From NCBI GenBank assembly GCA_018985225.1, contig JADGIF010000293.1, forward strand, positions 1 to 11,479: DNA of 11,479 nucleotides, in the 5' to 3' direction. The notes beneath the pieces are model-generated. The model was given only the letters and a program-made list of their open reading frames with translations, had not been told where the DNA came from and made no database searches. This document shows positions 1-8,291 of the stretch, piece after piece; position 1 is the stretch's first letter, and every line of letters begins with the position of its first letter. Source of the stretch: Amoeboradix gromovi X-113. Taxonomy: Eukaryota > Fungi > Sanchytriomycota. The position numbers and the translations under genes are program-made.

Positions 1-1
1 A

Positions 2-343
2 TATCAATTCCATTTTAGACAATTTCATACCATACTTTCTAAACTTCCATTGTCTGTACTCTGGATGACTATATTCAACAAAAAGTGCATGATAGTGCTC
101 ATAAATAATCGTGACTGTCTCTTGAATACTTGTAGCTCTTGACAGCCGCTCAAAACATTCTTTGAGCCAAGGCAATTTATCTCTTCTTTCCTTCATAATC
201 TGTTGGTACTTGACAGTACCTATGGCTGCTTTCCAATCGTCTTGCTCCAACTTAAATAAATCATCTGAATTGCTATTGTGCTTCCATTTTGAAGCGCTGT
301 AGACAGCAATGTGGGTAGTGTAAAACCCGTAAAACGTGTGCTT
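2..343 (-). mobile_element. Fanzor1/TnpB-like nuclease, central segment (5'-truncated, runs off the left edge; probably degenerate)
   Basis: Stop-free minus frame of 114 codons, not in the ORF track: KHTFYGFYTTHIAVYSASKWKHNSNSDDLFKLEQDDWKAAIGTVKYQQIMKERRDKLPWLKECFERLSRATSIQETVTIIYEHYHALFVEYSHPEYRQWKFRKYGMKLSKMELI. Resembles the Fanzor1 region from RuvC-I through the helical KYQ segment to the LF.xY....R.xKF/W..Y motif. FYGFYTT sits where G-x-D-P-G is expected. No ATG upstream of this motif; TAG at 344-346. Confidence 0.55.
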
Positions 344-377
344 CTAAATAATGTATTTATTAAATGTAATGACACTG

Positions 378-2634
378 TTACCAAAGATATAACAGTACTT
401 TATTTAAATCATCATCGCTCCAACCTTTTGCGTTCTTCACGCTCTCTCTGGAGTACCCGTTCAAGTAGCGGCCGTGTTCTGCATAATAGACATTGAGACC
501 ATTATTTACAAGGGTAGGTGGTTCTACATAATTATATCTTGTTCCACAAAATGTCCTCACATCATATCCATTTAAACTGGGCATTGTACCATCCACTCTA
601 TTTAATATCTTGTGCTTGAATTCCAAGTTGCTGTTGCATTTCCAGTACTCGGTTCCTCGCTCTTTATCACTTAGATTAGTCAGACAGCAGCAATTCTCAA
701 CAAATTCTTTCCAACTGTAAAAAGATCCGAACTCACTTTGAACAATTGCCAATCCGTTCATCGTGTATCCATTCTAGCTTTTAGCCTGGAACTTTGAGAA
801 ACAATACCCAACACTCCCAAGCTTCCGGCTAATGTAGCTATGAATTCTAACAAAGTGAAATAGTTTACAGTCATGTGTAGCAGCTTCCGATTTAAAATGG
901 CATCCATTGCTTTGATCTTAGGTCTGTCTTGCGGATCAACAAAATCAATGAACTGTTTGGGTTTATCTCCAAATTCCTCTGACATCGCAGCCAGTAGCTT
1001 CTTGCTCTTTTTTCTATCCATTGTATATCCTACAAAAAACATTTGCAAAGGAATGAATGTGTTAAGAGCAATAATGCCCGGTAACGATTCATCGGTAATA
1101 TTTATATCTGACGCTCTTAAAATAACAACAATACAGTTTATTATATTAATAAACACCACGGAATAATAAAGAGATTGTGCAGACTTGTCTGAGTATGAGC
1201 TGGAGCACATGGAGAATACAAAAGCTATAGAGTGTGCTAAAAATAGGCAAATTGATGTTACTAGACTGTAGTCCAATGCTGTTAGAAATGCAAATATAAC
1301 GACAATGACCAGCCTATACAGCATCAAAATCAATTTATAGTACTTTCAGTTCATTACAAAACTTTGATATATGCTTGCACAGCTGTTTTTGCTTACGTGC
1401 GACCTAATCACCCAAATATCTTCACCTTGTTTGTTTAATACTCTTATCTGAGTACGAAATCTAGATATCGTCTTGAATAATCTATAAAACAGAATCGGTA
1501 CTCCAAAAGTGAATACAACTAGCATTAATAAGCTACCTGGCAAAAAAACCGGTAAATCTCAGAAGTGCATGAAAATGAGGGGTTAGCTACTAGCAGCAAA
1601 TCAGATTCTACTGAGCAGAGTTCTTTTATTTTACATTCTGCATCAATTATGCAATCCAAGCAGCTATATCCGAAATTATGCTGCGGCACAATTAATCCCA
1701 TGTTTAGCAGTCCTGGAACTCCGCGGTGAATTATTTGATTAAGCCCACACTTAAACTCCTTGCTAAAAAGTATTTCCAATAGCTTCGTTGTGATAGGAAT
1801 GTATCCAAATCCCAATCCTAACAGAATTACTTTTAATCCACTTTTGCGAGCAAATGTGTTAAATTTGGTTGTTTGCAGTCGTCCTTTTGGAAACAGGTTA
1901 AAAAAGCAATTTGCTAGTACAAAAGTAGCTACAATGTATAATGGGTAAAAGCTATTTGCGTAACCAACTAAAACTAATATTACAGCAACTATCAAATTCC
2001 TTACAATTTTAAAGGCTGATTTATTATGAACCAGATCCACTTTGTCAATATTTTCAAAGTTGTCAGCATCTTCAGCCCCTAATTTGTACTTGTTCCTCTT
2101 TCTACACCACTTTATTGTAAATCCAATTAGAAATACATGCAGCATTATTACAAACGCAAACGGCGACAAATATCCTGCTACCTTATAAGATTGCTGTGGG
2201 TCTACATTGTTGTAAACAAAATAACTAAATACCATTCCAAGCATGCTACACAGAGTAATTACATACCAAAATACTGTCAAAGGCGACTTGAATAGAAATA
2301 AAAGAATAGGTGATATTGCAAGAGGCAAAACATTGGTGATAAGCATGTAATGAACTCTGTATTCCATCAATTGGAGACCATATAAAGTGGTCAAAAAATC
2401 AAATCTCATATACTTTGCAAAGTTAACATACCTTGACCAGTTCAATGGCCAGTTTACTTTGATGCTCATGCTAATTGCAAGAAGCTGTGTATAAATTGAA
2501 ATTAACTCGAATATAGCGTTGAATCCCATTTGGCCGATAGTAATTTGGAAATAAAAATAATTTGAGCCGTTTTCACTGATAGCATTACTGGCTAAAGCCT
2601 CAAAGTCCAAGAATTCCATAATTAATAAATTCAT
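378..2634 (-). pseudogene. Large multi-pass membrane protein (~750 aa) split into four ORFs by two frameshifts and one in-frame TGA (pseudogene or assembly errors)
   Basis: ORFs 1525-2634, 1346-1543, 758-1333 and 378-761 are collinear; the first three are strongly hydrophobic. One extra base in the A7 run at 1542-1548 gives EIYRFFLPGSLLML. TGA at 1346-1348 is in frame (FVMN*KYYKLILMLYRL). One extra base near 772 gives KARNGYTMNGLAIV. Family not recognised. Confidence 0.6.
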
Positions 2635-2897
2635 TGGTTCAGATAATTCTTGCGGAGCAATTATACAATTAGAGAGTATCTATAGATATAGCCAACCCCA
2701 ATCAGTACTCATCAGGTATGCAGAATGAAAGAATCCTTAAATATTCGAGATGCGCAAGTTTACTTTGCAGAGATCTAAATCCAATATTATGCAATGGGAA
2801 CTCGGGTTGTCTACGCCCAAAGGAGTCTAGAATATTGGTTTACTGACATTCCTTGATTCAGCGTAGGTGTATATCGTAGGACTCAGTTGTGTAAGTT
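2588..2897 (+). mobile_element. Decayed TnpB/Fanzor2-like 3' end, copy 1
   Basis: With frameshifts reads LAKASK/QEFHN**IHWFR*FLRS../RVSIDIANPNQYSS..NERILKYSRCASLLCRDLNP/NIMQWELGLSTPK..FTDIP*(TGA 2854-2856). Follows the TnpB order F-R-Q-F-L ... V-N-P-x-Y-T-S ... R-x-F-x-C-x-x-C ... R-D-L-N-A-A-x-N-I (RDLN at 2769-2780). Diverged direct repeat of 4477-4792. Confidence 0.6.
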
Positions 2898-3052
2898 AAC
2901 AAAGTTGAAGGGTGCACATTAGATCCATATTTGCCGGTGCATAATTTAATGTAACCTCTCAATTCTTGGAAACTCTATATTTTGTATAAAATGGAAATTC
3001 CAAGATAACGATTTTTGAAAGATACCGCATCCATTCTAATCAAATAAATTTT

Positions 3053-3217
3053 TTAAGAGCAGTCTGTGCTTACTTTAGTATTTAGAATCAACGCTACAAT
3101 AAGACCATATAAACCAAGAACTTCAGCGAAAATAAGCATCAACACCATACCAATAAACAGCTTAGGGCAATGTGCAAGATTACGAACACATGCGTCACCT
3201 GCAACACCAATTGCAAA
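3053..3217 (-). pseudogene. VMA3: V-ATPase V0 proteolipid subunit c, C-terminal fragment only
   Basis: Translates [54 protein letters not shown](TAA 3053-3055), containing the conserved [17 protein letters not shown] helix with the proton-binding Glu. Similarity stops at 3217, an in-frame TGA lies a short way upstream, and the N-terminal two-thirds is not in the window. Could be the VMA11 paralog. Confidence 0.88.
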
Positions 3218-3331
3218 TAATGAATTTAATACAAAAGAAGCACTATGTCATTTGTGATCAAAACAATGCATCTCACATCCTATTCTGATCCCACAGGATA
3301 TAAATACGCTATTTATTTGACGTTGTATAAA

Positions 3332-4252
3332 TTAATCTTTTCTGCGGCAAATACTAAGTGTAGACCCAGCTAACAACAGAAAAAAGAAAGAGGCAACAGC
3401 GCTTGGCATGTACAAAAAAAGTTGTTGAGTATGATCATCTATTTTTCTAGCAATCGCTGAATCCAGTTTATGCTGCAAGTTTTGACAATTACTTACCGTA
3501 TCAACTCTATTCTCTGGGTCACAATTTTCTTCCATGAGACCTTGGATGTTATTAACTAACTTGTCACTTTCAGGTATTCTCAAAGTGGCCAGAGTACCAA
3601 ATGCAAATAAAGTTGCCGCCACAGCAAACGCTAAAACTGTCAAAAGTCCGAACAGCAACAATGTATTACGGTCACTACGGCGGGACAATTTACTACAAGA
3701 GTTTGCACCAAGACATGGACAGCTTGATGCAACGCCAGACTGCTCAATGTCCTGCTGAGTGCCCTGCTCAATATCCCGCTCAATGTCTTGCTGAGTACCC
3801 TGATCAATATCCCGCTCAGGGACTTCTCCTAATCTTCTCTTAAAGATAGATCTTGTATTAGGATTAAGACACATCTGTCCGTTAGCATCAGTACGCATAT
3901 CAGACAGTGCAAGAATTCCATACAGTGCACAAACAGGTGCTTGACCGAAATCCCTCATATCCCTCATAAATTCCTTCAACTGTTCCTCCCCATTAGGATT
4001 ATTACTATGATGTTTTAGATTCTTCAACTGATCAAAGTGAGTATTAAACCACTCAAGAGCTTCTCTAACTTCAGGTGAATAGTTGTCAACCTCTGCACAT
4101 TTTGGTTGGAAATTAGCTGCGCAATCAGCAATAATTTGCGGATCTATCTCACGAGAAAGCGTCTGCAAGTGTTGAAAAACAGGTCTAATAACAGGTTTCA
4201 TAGCAAATAGCAGCAAGGTCATTATTGCAATCATAGCAATACTAGAGGACAT
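3332..4252 (-). CDS. Hypothetical membrane protein, 306 aa (N-terminal signal/anchor, two further hydrophobic helices, internal repeat)
   Basis: Intact ATG-to-TAA ORF with a hydrophobic N-terminus, segments LLLFGLLTVLAFAVAATLFAFGTL and LFLYMPSAVASFFFLLLAGSTLSI, and several Cys. No family recognised. Confidence 0.75.
   Translation of the reverse strand: MSSSIAMIAIMTLLLFAMKPVIRPVFQHLQTLSREIDPQIIADCAANFQPKCAEVDNYSPEVREALEWFNTHFDQLKNLKHHSNNPNGEEQLKEFMRDMRDFGQAPVCALYGILALSDMRTDANGQMCLNPNTRSIFKRRLGEVPERDIDQGTQQDIERDIEQGTQQDIEQSGVASSCPCLGANSCSKLSRRSDRNTLLLFGLLTVLAFAVAATLFAFGTLATLRIPESDKLVNNIQGLMEENCDPENRVDTVSNCQNLQHKLDSAIARKIDDHTQQLFLYMPSAVASFFFLLLAGSTLSICRRKD
3742..3818. repeat. Coding minisatellite: two 36-nt units (3 mismatches) built from 12-nt subunits
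   Basis: gctcaatgtcctgctgagtgccctgctcaatatccc (3742-3777), gctcaatgtcttgctgagtaccctgatcaatatccc (3778-3813), then gctca. Encodes ERDIDQGTQQDI-ERDIEQGTQQDI-E. Confidence 0.95.
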
Positions 4253-4369
4253 ATCCTAATTTATTTCCTAAATATAGATCAGATGACCCCCTTGTGCAAG
4301 TTATGGCGTGATTTTTCATCAAAAACGACGAACTCCTTGTGGAAATTGTTGTGGCACTGAACTGACCGT

Positions 4370-4792
4370 GACACAAAGTCGAACCTCAATTAAGATGTAT
4401 TCTTTGCAAACCATACCAAGTCGCTTTCGAAGAGAAATCTTGTAGAGATTGAAGCAAAAGTCAATCCATTGCCGTGCTGGCTACGGTCTCAAAGGCCAAG
4501 AATCTCATAGTTAATAAATTGATCGGTTCAAATAATTCTTCTAGTAAAATATGGACGATTAGAAAATATCTATAAGCACAGCCAACTCCTATCAATACTC
4601 ATCAGGTATGAAGAATGAAATAATCTTTGAATGTAAAAGGTGCAAGTACACTTAACAAAGAGGTTTAAATCCTGGTAGAAATATTCCAGAATGGGAACTC
4701 GGGTTGTCTGTACCCAAAGTAGCCAAGAATGTTGGTTATACTGATATTCGCTGATTCAACGTGGGCGACTGGTCTCAAAAATTGTATAATTC
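4370..4792 (+). mobile_element. Decayed TnpB/Fanzor2-like 3' portion, copy 2
   Basis: Reads HKVEPQLRCILCKPYQVAFEE...LATVSK/QESHS**IDRFK*FF**NMDD*KISISTANSYQYSSGMKNEIIFECKRCKYT*QRGLNPGRNIPEWELGLSVPKVAKNVGYTDIR*(TGA 4752-4754). CxxC at 4632-4643 is followed by RGLNPGRNI (4659-4685), one substitution from RDLN..RNI. Hand count: 54/64 identity to copy 1 over 4477-4540, plus an identical 20-mer at 4690-4709 and 2793-2812. Left boundary uncertain. Confidence 0.6.
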
Positions 4793-5618
4793 AGAACAAC
4801 ATGGCTTTCGACTAGCTTTTCAATGATTCTGTTCTAAACATCACTTAATAGATTGCTGCAGAATGTAAAAAGAATGAAATGTGTTCACCCATCAATCTTA
4901 CCAGTGGGACACCAAATATAAAAACTAGGCTAACTCGTTTTTAAAAGCAGGTGCTCCATAAGGAGGATATAAGATTATTAAAAGTTCTTTCAGCCCAAGA
5001 ATCTCTCATTATCTTCAATCCTCTCTTCCCACTATCTCTTTCGAATACAACAGGTCTTTGAGTGTCTAAGCAAAAGGTGTATTTTCTTAGACCATACTCT
5101 TTCTTTGTTCCATTTTCTAATGTTATTTCTTGGAAAGAGAAGTATCGAACGTCAATGTTCAAAATAAAAAGTTGTTTATTTTCCTTTTTTACTCGTCAAC
5201 TAGCTGAATGTCCACTCGCCTGCTAGGCCCATAAAGTAATCAAGTTGAAATAATGCTCAAAGTTGTCTCAGAAAGTTAGTTTTCATATTTGATGTCCCAT
5301 GTATAAAAGATGAAAGTAATTCTGAGTATATCTTGCACCGAAACAAGCCATTTAATAGCTGCTATTTCAATGCTTTTGAACCGGAATCCGTTTGTTAAAT
5401 CTGAAATAATGCCTTAATCTAACAAACTTATTTATGACTCTGCGGCCTGTAAAAATGTGTTGCTTGAAGTTAATTGACTTGACCGAGGATGCATGTTCTT
5501 TGCATTGATTTAATGTACAGATCTCCACAAATAAAAGAACACTGGCTTCGCCTCCACTCTTGCCTGGTTTGAGGCTTCGGCTAGTATGATTGTCGGTATA
5601 TTGAGTAAATAAAAACAT

Positions 5619-6457
5619 TTATTGATTTAACGCTTCCTTAACGAATTTCGGCTTAACGAAGCTAGCAGAATGTAGCTCGCTGGAATAAAACTTTAATTGC
5701 ATATCATCGCATGACTGTTGGGGTACTTTAACACTACAAAGATTGGATTTACAAGCAACTAAGAATCCAATTGTGCCACAAGGATAAGTAGGAACACTGG
5801 TCCAAGCGTACTCAACTTGCTTGAACTGACTAAGTCTTAAATCATCCATACATTTCTTAATCAACTTTGTATGGAGCCACATACATTCACCTTGCATAGT
5901 GAATACACCATCTGACTTCAGAGATCGATATACTAGATCAAAATAAGTAGCTTGATACAGACTTTCTGCTGAACCTACTGGATCACTACTGTCAGTTACT
6001 ATCACATCAAATTCATCAACATTTTCATTTAAAAACTCAAATCCATCTCTAATATGAATGTTAACCTTGGGATCGTCAAAAGAATGAGCCATTGAAGGAT
6101 AAACTCTTTGCACTTATCAATAACCATGGAATCAATCTCACAAATATGAATACCAATAGCCTGTCTGTATTTCAATATTTCTCTAATAATTCCGCCATCG
6201 CCTCCTCCAATAACTAATACTTTTGTAGGATTTGGATGAGCCTGCATAGCTAGATGAGCCAGCATTTCCTGATAACTGCACTCGTCCTTTTCAGTGCACT
6301 GAATGACTCCATCTAAAACTAACACTCTGCCATAAGTTGTAGACTGGAAGATTTCGATTTCTTGATATTTTGATTTCCCTTGAAATAGCATCTCTTCGAT
6401 TTCGAGTGACATTTGTTGTCCTTTCCATAGTTGCTGTTTTTCACGAAACCAAGTCAT
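5619..6457 (-). CDS. SPE3: Spermidine synthase with a 1-nt frameshift near 6097-6098
   Basis: Motifs WFRE...W.GQ.MSL, YGRVLVLDGVIQCTEKDE.SYQEM, VLVIGGGDGG, FDVIVTDSSDPVG and VPTYPCGTIGF. The two ORFs join as CKEFIPSMAHSFDDPKV if GG at 6097-6098 were GGG; there is no extra sequence for an intron. Confidence 0.95.
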
Positions 6458-6768
6458 GACCTTACTCCGTTTATATCAACTTAATAATGACTTTGTGATG
6501 TACTGGCGCAAGATCATTGTAAGAGGAGGAATGTGGGAGTTTTAGGTCTTACTCTAAGATAAGGTACTTGCTCTAAGAATTGAGTGATAAATCATTTTGA
6601 AAGTACAAGCGGGGTTTGCACTTAACCCTGTGGAAATAAACTTGGAATCAAATCAATACCAAAGAGTTTATCAAACCGAAAACTATGCTTTTAAAATTGA
6701 TGAGTTTCAATGCTTTTCAACAAGTATTTAGATCAAGCCACAGTGCGTTGCATCATACTCTAGACACC

Positions 6769-7225
6769 ATGGAAAATCGAGTTGATACGCTGAAGAAACA
6801 GATCTATGATGAGAATCCTTTACAAGATCCCCCAGTTCATTTGGAAGCTTTGGTTGACGCGTTGACAGCACTATTTGAGGACTTTCAGCATATCAAGTCC
6901 GACCACACTCAAAAGTTTGTTCAAAAATGTAGTCAATACTAATTTAGTCGGTCCTGCTGTTAAAAAAATTCAAGAATTGCGTGTGGGTTTACAAGATTAC
7001 GAATTTATCAAAATCTTAGCTCAAGGAGCTTTTGGTACCGTATCCTTGATCAGATCCAAGCTGGACAAACAATTATATGCGCTAAAAACTCTTAATAAGC
7101 AAATAGTTTTACGTCAGGAGAATGTATTTTATTTTGAGGAACGAAATGTTATGGTAAAAGGAAAAGAGTGTGAGTGGATAACTACACTAATGTCCGCATT
7201 CCAAGACGCTACTAACCTATATCTG
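6769..7225 (+). pseudogene. ROCK/MRCK/DMPK-family AGC kinase, N-terminal part only (exons 6769-6928 and 6948-7225), truncated at subdomain V
   Basis: N-terminal helices MENRVDTLKKQI...LEALVDALTALFEDF, then DYEFIKILAQGAFGTVSL, YALKTLNK, YFEERNVM and WITTLMSAFQDATNLYL, then S* instead of VMEY.PGGDL. The start could alternatively be ATG 6685. Confidence 0.85.
6929..6947 (+). other. 19-nt GT-AG spliceosomal intron
   Basis: gtagtcaatactaatttag, with a branch-like TACTAAT. Removal joins the two frames as QKFVQKFGPAVKKIQEL, which aligns without gaps to the ROCK-type F...Y...VKKI helix. Confidence 0.85.
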
Positions 7226-8288
7226 TCGTAGTTTGGCGCACATCCAAGGATGCACTTATTGAGGGCCGCTGTTCTTGATAGGACCGACGCATGATATAAA
7301 CGGAGTTCCTTCACAGTCATGGCTACTTGTAGCACAAGCAAAATCGTGGACACTGAAGAGATGCTTTGATCAGAGATGCCGCGGATGAGTATACACTCTC
7401 AACTGCAGTCAAATCAGCAGGGAAACCAGGCACATTTAGTAAATGTCTTTTGTACTATCTTTTGTCGAGCACTTCCCTGCCCTGCTTTGGCAGCTTAGCA
7501 AGCAACAGCACTTAATAGAGTCATAAACATTGTAGTTGTCCTACAAAGAGATGAGGTGCGCAAGCTGCACGCTGAGTACGGATAGATGGCTAACATACAC
7601 TTTGTTTATTGTTAGGCTTGTTTTGAATTAGTAGCAGATCAAAATACTTTTTAATGGGCACCTCAAATTCATAGTGTACTACGCTTCCGATGGCCAGAAC
7701 AAACTTAATATACGCTACTAACTCAAGCATGTTTGTCATTTTAGGCATACCTCGTCTTACTAGGATTTCTGTACTCAGCAACACAGCGACGTGTGTTTAG
7801 TAGACACTGAAGCTTATGTTACCAGGGTGTCTTAATGCTCTGTTACCTAACAAAAGCTTTGCGTACAATGAACTGTTTAGTCCCAAAATCAAGTATACAC
7901 CATACAGCGCCATGTGGTAGTTTGGCCAGCTTCCTTTTGCGTGCATTTTATAGTTCCCATCTACGTCCCGGAATATGAATGATCCGAAAGATGGCAGGAG
8001 GTATAGCGATACAAAATCCATTGTCAATTTGAATATCCTTTTTTAGACTTTGATTTTTCCAAAGATCATGTATGCCATGATTCCCGTAAAGAATGGATAC
8101 AGTAGCTTGAATGTATAAGATCCACCATACAAATTAGTTCTAAATACATACTCACCAGTGTGGTTTCTAGGTGTTCCTCCTACCTGTAAATGAGGGTATT
8201 TTTGAGAATTGATCTCATATGCGTAAGTCGTCTACACTTACGACGTATGGAATTCTCCATGACCTTTGCATTTAACGGTTGGCATTAA
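7226..8288. other. Compositionally distinct block of unknown origin in place of the rest of the kinase
   Basis: Hand count about 41% GC over 7261-8280 versus about 34% over 6961-7200. No kinase motifs (HRD, DFG, APE) seen in plus frames. No terminal repeats or target-site duplication found. Confidence 0.5.
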
Positions 8289-8291
8289 AAT

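Noticed and set aside
1346-1348. In-frame TGA at a Trp-compatible position, suggesting a TGA=Trp code
   Set aside because: The conserved host genes encode all their Trp as TGG with no internal TGA, and this gene carries other lesions.
2640-2870. Reading the twin repeat as a minus-strand extension of the membrane protein (FILHT**VLIGVG)
   Set aside because: It has shared stops and no family match; the plus strand gives an ordered set of TnpB motifs.
3742-3818. Possible CRISPR-like array
   Set aside because: Contiguous in-frame coding repeat with no unique spacers.
873-3843. Plus-strand ORFs 873-1166, 1760-1948, 3066-3257, 3534-3758 and 3601-3843
   Set aside because: Antisense shadows of minus-strand coding sequence.
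4800-5190. Minus ORF 4941-5162 with IMRDSW, faintly like the fungal FunK1 kinase KDSW motif
   Set aside because: A single short motif with wrong spacing and no other kinase motifs; possibly a decayed gene but not assignable.
5367-5618. 83-aa ORF in frame directly after the SPE3 TAA (possible readthrough or TAR=Gln host code)
   Set aside because: SPE3 ends where its homologs end, the long host ORFs contain no internal TAA/TAG, and the peptide is unrecognisable.
6548-6578. 12-nt imperfect direct repeat ctt(a/g)ctctaaga in the divergent SPE3/kinase intergenic region
   Set aside because: Only two short copies; could be regulatory but unsupported.
7224-8245. LTR- or Helitron-like ends (TGTCGTAG start; hairpins at 7780-7797 and 8222-8242; 10-mer repeats gtagtttggc and gacactgaag)
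   Set aside because: Stems are only 6-7 bp, there is no matching terminus or target-site duplication, and 10-mer repeats at different spacings can occur by chance.
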